DNA of 64,000 nucleotides from Ranitomeya imitator (GCF_032444005.1 NC_091286.1:487630001-487694000), one strand, 5' to 3'; counted from the stretch's first letter, positions 21,693 to 34,733 are shown. Program-made: numbers and translations. Notes: generated by a model not told the origin, from the letters alone.

Positions 21693-24600
21693 CAGGACAC
21701 TAGCTGCCGGGCAAGCAAGCTCCTGCAATGCATATTCTGCCAATTCTGGCCAGGTGTCTAATTTGGATGCCCAGTAATCAAATGGGAATGACGGTTGAGG
21801 GAGAACGTCGATAAGGGATGAAAAATAGTTAGTAACCATACTGGACAAATGTTGTCTCCTGTCACTTTGAATTGATGCTGCAGTACCTGTCCTGTCTGCG
21901 GTCATAGCAAAATCACTCCACAACCTAGTCAGAAAACCCCTCTGTCCAACGCCACTTCTGATTTCTGCCCCTCTAACACCTCTGGTCTGCTGGCCCCTGC
22001 AGCTCGTGTGAGAACGATCACGGGCGCTGTGTGCTGGGAATGCCTGAAGCAAACGGTCAACAAGTGTTGATTGTTTGGTTGCTAATATTAGTTCCAAGTT
22101 CTCATGTGGCATTATATTTTGCAATTTGCCTTTATAGCGAGGATCAAGGAGGCAGGCCAACCAGTAATCGTCATCGTTCATCATTTTAGTAATGCGTGTG
22201 TCCCTTTTGAGGATAGGTAAGGCATAATCCGCCATGTGGGCCAAAGTTCCAGTTGTCAAATCTGCGGTTGTGCTTGGTTGAGGGGCAGTTTCAGGCAAAT
22301 CTACGTCACTTGTGTCCCTCAAAAACCAGAACCCGGCCTTGCCACGCCACCAATTTCCAGTGGCCCCGGAAAAGCTTCCTTATTAAAAATATAATCATCC
22401 CCATCATCCTCCTCGTCCTCCTCCTCCTCTTCGCCCGCTACCTCGTCCTGTACACTGCCCTGGCCAGACAATGGCTGACTGTCATCAAGGCTTTCCTCTT
22501 CCTCTGCTGCAGACGCCAGATCCTTTATGTGCGTCAAACTTTGCATCAGCAGACGCATTGGGGGGATGCTCATGCTTATTATGGCGTTGTCTGCACTAAC
22601 CAGCCGTGTGCATTCCTCAAAACACTGAAGGACTTGACACATGTCTTGTATCTTCGACCACTGCACACCTGACAACTCCATGTCTGCCATCCTACTGCCT
22701 GCCCGTGTATGTGTATCCTCCCACAAAAACATAACAGCCCGCCTCTGTTCGCACAGTCTCTGAAGCATGTGCAGTGTTGAGTTCCACCTTGTTGCAACGT
22801 CTATGATTAGGCGATGCTGGGGAAGGTTCAAAGACCGCTGATAGGTCTGCATACGGCTGGAGTGTACGGGCGAACGGCGGATATGCGAGCAAAGTCCACG
22901 CACTTTGAGGAGCAAGTCGGATAACCCCGGATAACTTTTCAGGAAGCACTGCACCACCAGGTTTAAGGTGTGAGCCAGGCAAGGAATGTGTTTCAGTTGG
23001 GAAAGGGAGATGGCAGCCATGAAATTCCTTCCGTTATCACTCACTACCTTGCCTGCCTCAAGATCTACAGTGCCCAGCCACGACTGTGTTTCTTTCTGCA
23101 AGAACTCGGACAGAACTTCCGCGGTGTGTCTGTTGTCGCCCAAACACTTCATAGCCAATACAGCCTGCTGACGCTTGCCAGTAGCTGCCCCATAATGGGA
23201 GACCTGGTGTGCAACAGTGGCAGATGCGGATGGAGTGGTTGTGCGACTGCGGTCTGCGGATGAGCTCTCGCTTCTGCAGGAGGACGAGGAGGAGGAGGAG
23301 GGGGTGCGAACGGCTACAGCCAACTGTCTCCTAGACCGTGGGCTAGGCAGAACTGTTCCAAAATTGCTGTCCCCTGTGGACCCTGCATCCACAACTTTCA
23401 CCCAGTGTGCCGTGATGGACACGTAACGTCCGTGGCCATGCCTACTGGTCCATGCATCTGTTGTCAGGTGCACCTTTGTGCTCACAGATTGCCTGAGTGC
23501 ATGGACAATGCGCTCTTTAACATGCTGGTGGAGGGCTGGGATGGCTTTTCTGGAAAAGAAGTGTAGACTGGGTAGCTCGTAGCGTGGTACAGCGTAGTCC
23601 ATCAGGGCTTTGAAAGCTTCGCTTTCAACTAACCGGTAGGGCATCATCTCTAACGAGATTAGTCTAGCTATGTGGGCGTTCAAACCCTGTGTACGCGGAT
23701 GCGAGGCTAAGTACTTCCTTTTTCTAACCATAGTCTCATGTAGGGTGAGCTGGACTGGAGAGCTGGAGATTGTGGAACTAGCGGGGGTGCCGGTGGACAT
23801 GGCAGACTGAGAGACGGTGGGAGATGGTATTGTTGCCACCGGTGCCATAGATGCAGTGTTTTCTACTACGAAACTGGTGATTCCCTGACCCTGACTGCTT
23901 TGGCCTGGCAAAGAAACCTGCACAGACACTGCAGATGGTGCGGAAAATGGTGGCCCTACACTGCCGGAAGGGATGTTGCGTTGCTGACTAGCTTCATTGG
24001 CCGAGGGTGCTACAACCTTAAGGGACGTTTGGTAGTTAGTCCAGGCTTGCAAATGCATGGTGGTTAAATGTCTATGCATGCAACTTGTATTGAGACTTTT
24101 CAGATTCTGACCTCTGCTTAAGGTAGTTGAACATTTTTGACAGATGACTTTGCGCTGATCAATTGGATGTTGTTTAAAAAAATGCCAGACTGCACTCTTT
24201 CTAGCATCGGATACCTTTTCAGGCATTGCAGACTGAGCTTTAACTGGATGGCCACGCTGTCCTCCAACTGGTTTTGACTTTGCCACGCGTTTTGGGCCAG
24301 ATACGGGCCCGGCAGATGGAACCTGTTGCGATGTTGATGCCTGCTGCGGCCCCATCTCCTCCGCTTCAGAACTACTGCCGCCTGCACCCTGTTCCCCCAA
24401 TGGCTGCCAATCGGGGTCAACAACTGGGTCATCTATAACCTCCTCTTCTAGCTCATGCACAACTTCGTCTGTGTCACCATGTAAGTCGGTGGTAGAGCGT
24501 TCGTGACGGGGCAACATAGTCTCATCAGGGTCTGATTCTGGATCAGTACCCTGCGAGGGCAATGTTGTGGTCTGAGTCAAAGGACCAGCATAGTAGTCTG

Positions 24601-25075
24601 GCTGTGGCTGTGCATCAGTGCACTCCATGTCAGATTCAACTTGTAATGGGCATGGCCTGTTAACTGCTTCACTTTCTAAGCCAGGGACGGTATGTGTAAA
24701 GGGCTACATGGAGTAACCCGTTGTGTCGCCTGCTGCATGCTTCTCTGTTGTTGTTATTGCTGAAGAGGACAAGGAAGCGACTTGTCCCTGACCGTGAACA
24801 TCCACTAACGACGCGCTGCTTTTACATTTACCAGTTTCAAAAGAGGAGGCAAAAGAGCTAGAGGCTGAGTCAGCAAGGTAAGCCAAAACTTGCTCTTGCT
24901 GCTCTGGCTTTAAAAGCAGTTTTCCTACTCCCAGAAAAGGGAGCGTTCGAGGCCTTGTGTAGCCAGACGACGAACCTGGCTCCACAGCTCCAGACTTAGG
25001 TGCAATATTTTTTTTCCCACGACCACCTGATGCTCCACCACTACCACTACCCTCATTACCAGCAGACTTCCTCAT
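21693..25075 (-). pseudogene. hAT (Ac/ZBED-like) transposase pseudogene
   Basis: BED finger (VWHFF..C.KC..HRHL..H), LTTDAWTS, VVSDNG, CLAHTLNL, TRWNS, LDPRYK and hATC (DYW..WPELA.YAL..L.CPAASV). Frame breaks at ~24630-24700 and ~22320. The catalytic SER motif is absent. Confidence 0.92.
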
Positions 25076-25249
25076 TGTTTTAAAAAACGTAACCAAACTA
25101 ACGGTATTTGTTGCTGTCAAACAACTTACACGGTGAGCTATAACTTCAGTATGATTTAGATACCCCTTTACAGGTGGGTGAGACCGCAAGGAAAAGCAGA
25201 CACAATGTTACACACTCTGTTTTTGGTGGCACCAAATGAGAGAGATGCC

Positions 25250-26920
25250 ACACACGCAGGACTGTCACTCAAGCACAAATGTCAATATTAATCTCCCACT
25301 GTTTGTTTTTATTTTTTCAGGGAGAATTTAGAAACCCCCCCAAAAAAATAATTTTTTTAAGGAAGAATTTAGAAAACAAATTAAAAAAAGTGATTTTTTC
25401 AGAGAGAATTTAGAAACGAAAAAAAAAAAAAAAAAAAAATAGGCTGTTAGGAGTCAAGTTTCCTCTGCTGCACAGGGAGAATCTCGATCCGTCTCCGCTG
25501 CGGTCTCCCATTCTCCTCCAGCCGCAGTGGAGTCTGCTCAGCAGGGACGTCGATCCCAGCGTCTCGCTCAGTCTGACTCTGTGCGAAGAGTTGCTGCTGC
25601 TTCTCCAGTCTCTGCCAATAAAGTCAGTGCTGGTCAGCAGCGAGCAGACTTCTCTGGGACTAAGTCCTTGTCTGCACGTACTGAGCATGCCCAGGGTAAG
25701 ATCTCCCGTTGGAGATCGAGGGTCATGTGCTCAGGCTCTGCAGCACATTCCATAGGTCCTCTTGGCAGGTCTTGGAAGGGCAAAAGTGCTGTAGCCACTT
25801 CCTGTGCTGCAACTATATAAACTGCGCATGACCGCACGGCCATGCGCTAGTATTGTCTCATAATGTTATATGTGTGTGTGTGTAGATGAATGTATGTCGA
25901 TGGATGAAAGCTCCTAAATATCCCTCCCTAGAGTTGTTGTCTGCTCGCGGATGTTGGTAGCTATCTAGCGCCCGACTAATCATCTGCACGATACACACAT
26001 TACAGCGTCCTCTTGCTGTGTCCGCCTGTACGGCGCCGTGCGCTTGCCTTGCGCTTTCCATACCCAAGCCAGTGTGGTTGGTGGCGTCCGTCAGTGCGGC
26101 ATTGCTCGCACTCCTGTGCATTTATATTTAGTTTCCTTACACACCCAGTTGTGGTGTAGTGCCAGCGAGGGTCTAATTGGACTTCAATCCCAGTTGGGGT
26201 TAAGTACGCTGACTACTCGCTCGCGCTTTAGGTGCGGTACTGCGATCCTGTGACGCAACAGGATTGCTCCCTTCACGCTGGGTGAGGTTGAACCCACGTG
26301 TATATACTTTTGTGTACCGCCATATAGTCTGTATTTACTAGCAGCAGGTTTTCACCTGCACGGTGGACCCCGGACTGCGAACGCATCTATATCACCTTTC
26401 TTGGTGCGTTCCACCAGTCCTAACATAGGCTTTCTATGGCCCACTATCTGAGAGAGAGAGATGGCACACCCAGGAGTCAGGACTGGCACACAAGCAGAAT
26501 GGCCAATATTAATCTCCCACTGTTTTTATTTATTTTTTCAAGGAGAATTTAGAAACCCCCCCCAAAAAAATTATTTTTTAAGGAAGAATTTAGAAAACAA
26601 ATTTAAAAAAGTGATTTTTTCCAGAGAGAATTTAGAAACCAAATAAAAAACAAAAAACAAATAGGCTTTCTATGGCCCACTATCTGAGAGAGAGAGATGG
26701 CACACCCAGGAGTCAGGACTGGCACACAAGCAGAAAGGCCAATATTAATCTCCCACTGTTTTTTTTTAATTTTTTCAGGGAGAATTTAGAAACCCAATAA
26801 AAAAAAAAATAGGCTTTCTATGGCCCACTATTTGACAGAGAGATGGCACGCTCAGGACTGGCACACAAGCCCAAAGGGCAATATTAATCTCCCACTGTTT
26901 TTTTTTCAGGGAGAATTTAT
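25250..26920. repeat. hAT-internal tandem repeat (~120-165 bp), interrupted by a solo LTR
   Basis: Unit AATAGGCTTTCTATGGCCCACTAT..ATATTAATCTCCCACTG. Confidence 0.85.
25445..26425 (+). mobile_element. Solo LTR nested in the hAT
   Basis: TG..CA termini with TSD TAGGC (25440-25444, 26426-26430). TATATAAA at 25814 and GCGCTAGTATT at 25844. Confidence 0.93.
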
Positions 26921-27278
26921 ACTTACCGAGCCTCCCGGGGTCTGTCCGTCTTCTTTCCTGGGTGCCGCCATCTTCCAAAATGGCGGGCGCATGTGCAGTG
27001 CGCCCGCCGAATCTGCCGGCCGGCAGATTCGTTCCAGAGTGAATTTTGATCACTGAGATATAACCTATCTCAGTGATCAAAATAAAAAAAATAGTAAATG
27101 ACCCCCCCCCACTTTGTCACCCCCATAGGTAGGGACAATAAAAAAAATAAAGATTTTTTTTTTTTCCACAATGGTTGGGTAAGGACTAGGGTTAGGGGTA
27201 GGGGTAGGGGTAGGGTTAGGGGTAGGGGTAGGGTTAGGGTTAGGGGTAGGATTAGGGGTAGGGGTAGGGTTAGGGTTT

Positions 27279-27610
27279 GGGATGTGCACACGTATTCTGG
27301 TCCTCTGAGGATTTTTCCGCAGAGGATTTGATAAATCTGCAGTGCTAAACCGCTGTGGATTTACCGCGGTTTTTCTGCGCATTTCACTGCGGATTTACAA
27401 CTGCGATTTTCTATTGGAGCAGTTGTAAAACCGCTGCGGAATCCGCAGAACGAAGTGACATGCTGCGGAATGTAAACCGCTGCGTTTCCGTGCAGTTTTT
27501 CTGCAGCATGTGTACAGCGATTTTTGTTTCCCATAGGTCTACATTGAACTGTAAACTCATGGGAAACTGCTGCCGATCCGCAGCGTTTTCCGCAGCGTGT
27601 GCACATACCT
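27279..27610. mobile_element. PIF/Harbinger-like MITE
   Basis: Imperfect TIRs GGGATGTGCACACG and CGTGTGCACATACCT, with internal CCGC/GCGG repeats. Confidence 0.55.
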
Positions 27611-27619
27611 TTAGAATTA

Positions 27620-27962
27620 GGCTATGTGCACACGGTGTGGATTTAGCTGCGATCCGCAGCAGTGTTCCATCAGGTTTACAGTACCATGTAAACATATGGA
27701 AAACCAAATCCGCTGTGCCCATGGTGCGGAAAATACCACACGGAAACGCTGCGTTGTATTTTCCGCAGCATGTCAATTCTTTGTGCGGATTCCGCAGCGT
27801 TTTACACCTGTTCCTCAATAGGAATCCACAGGTGAAATCCGCACAAAAAACACTGGCAATCCGCGGTAAATCCGCAGGTAGAACGCAGTGCCTTTTACCC
27901 GCGGATTTTTCAAAAATGGTGCGGAAATATCTCACACGAATCCGCAATGTTGGCACATAGCC
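27620..27962. mobile_element. PIF/Harbinger-like MITE
   Basis: TIRs GGCTATGTGC..GCACATAGCC with a 3-bp TTA on both sides. Confidence 0.75.
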
Positions 27963-28089
27963 TTAGTGTTAGGGTTGGGTTGGAATTAGGGTTGTGGTTA
28001 GGGTTAGGGGTGTGTTGGGGTTAGGGTTGTGATTAGGGTTACGGCTACAGTTGGGATAAGGGTTAGGGGTGTGTTGGGGTTAGTGTTGG

Positions 28090-31000
28090 CGTCAGAATTG
28101 AGGGGTTTCCACTGTTTAGGCACATCAGGGGGTCTCCAAACGCAACATGGCGCCACCATTGATTCCAGCCAATCTTGTATTCAAAAAGTCAAATGGTGCT
28201 CCCTCACTTCCGAGCCCCGACGTGCGCCCAAACAGTGGTTTACCCCCACATATGGGGTACCAGCATAATCAGGACAAACTGCGCAACAATTACTGGGGTC
28301 CAATTTCTCCTGTTACCCTTGAGAAAATAAAAAATTGCTTGCTAAAACATCATTTTTGAGGAAAGAAAACGCATTTATTATTTTCACGGCTCTGCTTTAT
28401 AAACTTCTGTAAAGCACTTGGGGGTTGAAAGTGCTCAACACACATCTAGATAAGTTCCTTGGGGGGTCTAGTTTCCAAAATGGGGTCACTTGTGGGGGGT
28501 TTCTACTGTTTAGGCACACCAGGGGCTCTGCAAACGCAACGTGACGCCCGCAGAGCATTCCATCAAAGTCTGCATTTCAAAAGTCACTACTTCACTTCCG
28601 AGCCCCGACGTGTGCCCAAACAGTGGTTTACCTCCACATATGGGGTATCACCGTACTCTGGAGAATCTGGACAACAACTTTTGTGGTCCAATTTCTCCTG
28701 TAACCCTTGGGAAAATAAAAAATTCTGGGCTAAAAAATTATTTTTGAGGAAAGAAAACGTATTTATTATTTTCACGGCTCTGCGTTATAAACTTCTGTGA
28801 AGCACTTGGGGGTTGAAAGTGCTCACTACATATCTAGATAATTTCATTTCGGGGTCTAGTTTCCAAAATGGGGTCACTTGTGGGGGGTTTCTACTGTTTA
28901 GTCACATCAGGGGCTCTGCAAACGCAACGTGACGCCCGTAGAGCATTCCATCAAAGTCTGTATTTCAAAACGTCACTACTTAACTTCCGAGCCCCGGCAA
29001 GTGCCCAAATAGTAGTTTACCCCCACATATGGGGTATCACCATACTCAGGAGAAACTGGACAACAAATATTGGGGTCAAATTTCTCCTGTTACCCTTGGG
29101 AAAATTAAAAAATTCTGGGCTAAAAAATTATTTTTGAGGAAAGAAAACGTATTTATTATTTTCACTGCTCTGTGTTATGAACTTCTGTGAAGCACTTGGG
29201 GGTTCAAAGTGCTCACCTCACATCTAGCTAAGTTCCTTTCGGGGTCTAGTTTCCAAAATGGGGTCACTTGTGGGGGGTTTCTACTGTTTAGCCACATCAG
29301 GGGCTCTGCAAACACAACGTGACGCCCGCAGAGCATTCCATCAAAGTCTGCATTTCAAAACGTCACTACTTCACTTCCGAGCCCCAGCATGTGCCTAAAC
29401 AGTGGTTTACCCCCACATATGGGGTATCTGCGTACTCAGGAGAAACTGGACAACAACTTTTGGGGTCAAATTTCTCCTGTTACCCTTGGGAAAATAAAAA
29501 TTTGCGGGCTAAAAAATCATTTTTGAGAAAAGAAATTTTATTTTTTTATTTTCATGGCTCTGCGTTATAAACTTCTGTGAAGTACTTGAGGGTTCAAAGT
29601 GCTCACCACACATCTAGATTAGTTCCTTTGGGGGTCTAGTTTCCAAAATGGGGTCATTTGTCGGGGATCTCCAATGTTTAGGCACACAGGGGCTCTCCAA
29701 ACGCGACATGGTGTCCGCTAATGATTGGAGCTAATTTTCCATTTAAAAAGCCAAATGGCATGCCTTCCCTTCTGAGCCCTGCCGTGCACCCAAACAGTGG
29801 TTTACCCCCACATATGGGGTATCTGTGTACTCAGAACAAACTGGACAATAACATTTGTGGTCCAATTTCTCCTATTACCATTGGCAAAATAGGAAATTCC
29901 AGGCTAAAAAATCATTTTTGAGAAAAGAAAAATTATTTTTTATTTTCATGGCTCTGCATTATAAACTTCTGTGAAGCACCTGGGGGTTTAAAGTGCTCAG
30001 TATGCATCTAGATAAGTTCCTTGGGGGGTCTAGTTTCCAAAATGGGGTCACTTGTGGGGGAGCTCCAATGCATAGGCACACAGGGGCTCTCCAAACGCGA
30101 CATGGTGTCCGCTAACAATTGGAGCTAATTTTCCATTCAAAAAGTCAAAAGGCGCGCCTTCCCTTCCGAGCCCTGCCGTGTGCCCAAACAGTGGTTTACC
30201 CCCACATATGAGGTATCAGCGTACTCGGGAGAAATTGCTCAACAAATTTTAGGATCCATTTTATCCTATTGCCCATGAGAAAATGTAAAAATAGAGGCGA
30301 AAAGAAATTTTTTGTGAAAAAAAAGTACTTTTTCATTTTTACGGATCAATTTGTGAAACACCTGAGGGTTTAAAGTGCTCACTAGGCATCTAGATAAGTT
30401 TCTTGGGGGATCTAGTTTCCAAAGTGGGGTCACTTGTGGGGGAGCTCCAATGTTTAGGCACACAGGGTCTCTCCAAACGCGACATGGTGTCCGCTAACGA
30501 TGGAGATAATTTTCCATTCAAAAAGTCAAATGGCGCTCCTTCCCTTCCGAGCCTTACCATGTGCCCAAACAGTGGTTTACCCCCACATGTGAGGTATCGG
30601 TGTACTCAGGAGAAATTGCCCAACAAATTTTAGGATCCATTTTATCCTGTTGTCCATGTGAAAATGAAAAAATTGAGGCTAAAAGAATTTTTTGTGAAAA
30701 AAAAGTACTTTTTCATTTTTACGGATCAATTTGTGAAGCTCCTGGGGGTTTAAAGGGCTCACTATGCATCTAGATAAGTTCCTTGGGGCGTCTAGTTTCC
30801 AAAATGGGGTCACTTGTGGGGGAGCTCCAATTTTTAGGCACACGGGGGCTCTCCAAACGTGACATGGTGTCCGCTAAAGAGTGCAGCCAATTTTTCATTC
30901 AAAAAGTCAAATGGCGCTCCTTCCCTTCCAAGCCCTGCCGTGCGCCCAGACAGTGGTTTACCCCTACATATGAGGTATCAGCATACTCAGGACAAATTGG

Positions 31001-31150
31001 ACAACAACTGTCGTGGTTCAGTTTCTCCTTTTACCATTGGGAAAATAAAAAAATTGTTGCTCAAATATCATTTTTGTGACTAAAAAGTTAAATGTTCATT
31101 TTTTCCTTCCATGTTGCTTCTGCTGCTGTGAAGCACCTGAAGGGTTAATA
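28090..31150. repeat. Tandem array, ~390-bp unit, about 8 copies
   Basis: Marker TCTAGTTTCCAAA at ~28467, 28855, 29245, 29635, 30029, 30411 and 30791. Confidence 0.9.
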
Positions 31151-31707
31151 AACTTCTGAAATGTGGTTTTGAGTACCTTGAGGGGTGCAGTTTTTAGAAT
31201 GGTGTCACTTTTGGGTATTTTCAGCCATATAGACCCCTCAAACTGACTTCAAATGTGAGGTGGTCCCTAAAAAAAATGGTTTTGTAAATTTCGTTGTAAA
31301 AATGAGAAATCGCTGTTCAAATTTTAACCCTTATAACTTCCTAGCAAAAAAAAATTTTGTTTCCAAAATTGTTCTGATGTAAAGTAGACGTGTGGGAAAT
31401 GTTATTTATTAACTATTTTGTGTCACATAACTCTCTGGTTTAACAGAATAAAAATTCAAAATGTGAAAATTGCGAAATTTTCAAAATTTTCGCCAAATTT
31501 CCATTTTTATCACAAGTAAACGCAGAATTTATTGACCTAAATTTACCACGAACATGAAGCCCAATATGTCACGAAAAAACAATCTCAGAACTGCTAGGAT
31601 CCATTGAAGTGTTCCTGAGTTATTACCTCATAAAGGGACACTGGTCAGAATTGCAAAAAACGGCAAGGTCTTTAAGATCAAAATAGGCTGGGTCATGAAG
31701 GGGTTAA

Positions 31708-32900
31708 TCTCCCACTGTTTTTTTTTCAGGGAGAATTTATAAAACCAATGAAAAAATAATAAATAGGCTTTCTATGGCCCACTATTTGAGAGAGAGATGG
31801 CACGCTCAGGACTGGCACACAAGCCCAATGGGCAATATTAATCTCCCACTGTTTTTTTTTTTTTCAGGGAGAATTTATAAAACCAATAAAAAAAAAGAAA
31901 TAGGCTTTCTATGGCCCACTATTTGACAGAGAGATGGCACGCTCAGGACTGGCACACAAGCCCAAAGGGCAATATTAATCTCCCACTGTTTTTTTTTTTT
32001 CAGGGAGAATTTATAAAACCAATGAAAAAATAATAGACTTTCTATGGCCCTCTATTTGAGAGAGAGATGGCACGCTCAGGACTGGCACACAAGCCCAAAG
32101 GGCAATATTAATCTCCCACTGTTTTTTTTTTTCAGGGAGAATTTATAAAACCAATAAAAAAAAAAGAAATAGGCTTTCTATGGCCCACTATTTGAGAGAG
32201 AGATGGCACGCTCAGGACTGGCACACAAGCCCAAAGTGCAATATTAATCTCCCACTGTTTTTTTTTTTTTCAGGGAGAATTTATAAAACCAATGAAAAAA
32301 TAATAAATAGGCTTTCTATGGCCCACTATTTGAGAGAGAGATGGCACGCTCAGGACTGGCACACAAGCCCAAAGGGCAATATTAATCTCCCACTGTTTTT
32401 TTTCAGGGAGAATTTATAAAACCAATAAAAAAAAGAAATAGGCTTTCTATGGCCCACCATTTGACAGACAGATGGCACGCTCAGGACTGGCACACAAGCC
32501 CAAAGGGCAATATTAATCTCCCACTGTTTTTTTTTTTTTTCAGGTAGAATTTATAAAACCAATGAAAAAATAATAAATAGGCTTTCTATGGCCCACTATT
32601 TGAGAGAGAGATGGCACGCTCAGGACTGGCACACAAGCCCAAAGGGCAATATTAATCTCCCACTGTTTTTTTTTTTCAGGGAGAATTTATAAAACCAATA
32701 AAAAAAAAAAATAGGGTTTCTATGGCCCACTATTTCACAGAGAGATGGCACGCTCAGGACTGGCACACAAGCCCAAAGGGCAATATTAATCTCCCACTGT
32801 TTTTTTTTTTAGAAACCGCACAAAAAAAAAACAGAAAAAAAAATTAGGCTTTCTATGGCCCACTATGTGAGATGGCACACACAGGGATGGCACTCGAGCA
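31708..32900. repeat. hAT-internal tandem array, ~120-125-bp unit, about 9 copies
   Basis: Unit GGCTTTCTATGGCCCACTATTTGAGAGAGAGATGGCACGCTCAGGACTGGCACACAAGCCC is repeated. Confidence 0.92.
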
Positions 32901-33415
32901 GAAATGCCAATCTTAATCTCCCACAGCTTTTTTTTTTAGGGAGAATTAAAAAAAAAAAAAAAAAAAAAAAAACACACAGGGACTGTCCTACAATTACTAT
33001 CTCCCTGCAGTAATCTCAGCCAGGTATGGCAGGCAGCAATAAGGAGTGGACTGCTGCACAAATTAAATAAAAAGTGTGGACAAACAAACAAGATAGCTGT
33101 GCAGAAAGGAAGGAACAGCAGGATTTGTGCTTTGAAAAAAGCAGTTGGTTTGCACAGCGGCGTACACACAGCAATGCAGCTATCAGGGAGCCCTCTAGGG
33201 CAGCCCAATGAGCTACAGCGCTGAGGACAAAAAAATGTAGCTTCCACTGTCCCTGCAAACAAAGGTGGTGTTGGACAGTGGAAATCGCTACAGCACAAGC
33301 GGTTTGGTGGTTAATGGACCCTGCCTAACACTATCCCTGCTTCTGAAGAAGCGGCAGCAACCTCTCCCTATGCTCAGATCAGCAGCAGTAAGATGGCGGT
33401 CGGCGGGAACGCCCC

Positions 33416-33540
33416 TTTATAGCCCCTGTGATGCCGCAGACAGCAAGCCAATCACTGCAATGCCCTTCTCTAAGATGGTGGGGACCAGGACCTATGTCAT
33501 CACGCTGCCCACACTCTGCGTCCACCTTCATTGGCTGAGA
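33416..33540 (-). promoter_or_regulatory. Putative hAT promoter facing the transposase
   Basis: Minus-strand CTATAAA at 33422-33416, with CCAAT motifs at ~33449 and ~33531, inside the right subterminal region. Confidence 0.4.
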
Positions 33541-33899
33541 AATGGCGCTTTTCGCGTCATTGAAATGCGACTTTGGCGCGAAAGTCGCGTACCGCATGGC
33601 CGACCCCGCACAGGGGTCGGGTCGGGTTTCATGAAACCCGACTTTGCCAAAAGTCGGCGACTTTTGATAATGAACGATCCGTTTCGCTCAACCCTAGTCA
33701 GGACTGCATCATTTATCCTGCGCCATGGGACCCATTGGGTTGTTATGACAGCTGGGGATCTGATGATGATCCCCGTGCATATCATTGTGAATCTCCTTTG
33801 TTCATACGAGGTCATTACTTCTGATATACACAGGAGGGCTGAAGCATTTGCATGCTATGCTATGCATAGCACAAGCAATCAGACAATTTAATCTTCAAG

Positions 33900-34660
33900 T
33901 TTCCTAAGGGGATTATCAAAGTCAGAAAAAGTGTGATGAAAAGTTTGAAAAAATATGAAAAAACACAAAAGTTAAAATCACTCACTTTTGCCCCGTGGAA
34001 GGTAAAAAACCCACACATATTTGGTATTGTTGCATTCAGAAATGTCCGATCTGTCAGAACATAAAAATAATTAATTCAATCAGCAAACAAGAAAAAAAGT
34101 GAAAATGGTAGAATTATGATTTTGGGTGGTTAGATATGATATTTTGATTGCCTCTTATTGCATTTTATTGCAGTGAAATACAATAAGGGGCTATCAAAAC
34201 ATTATATCCACCCCAAAAATGATATTCATAAAAATGTCAGCTCAGGGCACACAAAAAATAAGCCCTTGCCAAGCCCAGATCCCAAAAAATTTAAATCTTA
34301 CGGGTCTCTGAATATGGCAACATAAGCAAAAAAAATGTTCTTACCAATTTCTGAATTTTTTTTCACCACTTAAATAAAGAAATATATGCATGTTTTGTAT
34401 CTGCATAACCATATTAACCTGGAGAATAAGATTACTAGGTTAGTATTACCATATAGTGAAAATGGTAAATAAAAAAACATGGATTTGTTTCCTGCTTTCC
34501 AGTACAATGGTGTCACTCAAAATTACAACTCGACCCGCAAAAAAAACCTCTCAGATGGCTATACTGACAGAAAAATAAAAAAGCCATGACTATTAAAAGA
34601 AAGGGGTGAAAAAACAAAAGCATAAAAATGGAAATGTAAAATTGCAAGGCAATGAAGAGG
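33900..34660. repeat. piggyBac-like non-autonomous repeat fragment
   Basis: Ends AATGAAGAGG|TTAA and shares motifs with 540-1543. Confidence 0.5.
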
Positions 34661-34733
34661 TTAAAAGTCATTTGCCATTTTATACAACTTTTTATCCATT
34701 GCAAGATTTTTATTTTTACTCAAAAGAAATGGG

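Larger units (their letters stand above)
27187..28082 (+). repeat. Telomere-like (TTAGGG/TAGGGG) tract split by two MITEs
   Basis: 27187-27277 is near-pure TAGGG(G)/TTAGGG; 27963-28082 is degenerate. Confidence 0.85.
26921..31703. mobile_element. piggyBac-like non-autonomous element nested in the hAT; left end lost
   Basis: Right end GGTCATGAAGGGG|TTAA (31704-31707) merges into the TTAA of the host repeat unit (ATTAATCTCCCAC). It contains G-rich tracts and a ~390-bp array. Confidence 0.65.
17311..33696 (-). mobile_element. 16.4-kb composite hAT DNA transposon
   Basis: TIR TAGGGTTGAGCGA (17311-17323) and TCGCTCAACCCTA (33684-33696). Perfect 8-bp TSD GTCAGGAC (17303-17310, 33697-33704). Internal hAT transposase remnant. 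Confidence 0.92.

Noticed and set aside
27077-27382. PNPT/GR-repeat ORFs
   Set aside because: They are translations of the telomere-like tract.
27355-27960. 181-201-aa ORFs
   Set aside because: They coincide with two GC-rich MITEs that have few stop codons and show no protein motif.
33750-33780. GGGGATC-TGATGAT-GATCCCC hairpin containing CTGATGA
   Set aside because: No stem II or GAAA follows, so it is not a hammerhead.
33265-33891. 208-aa ORF
   Set aside because: It spans the hAT terminal repeat and flank junction and is a GC-rich chance ORF.
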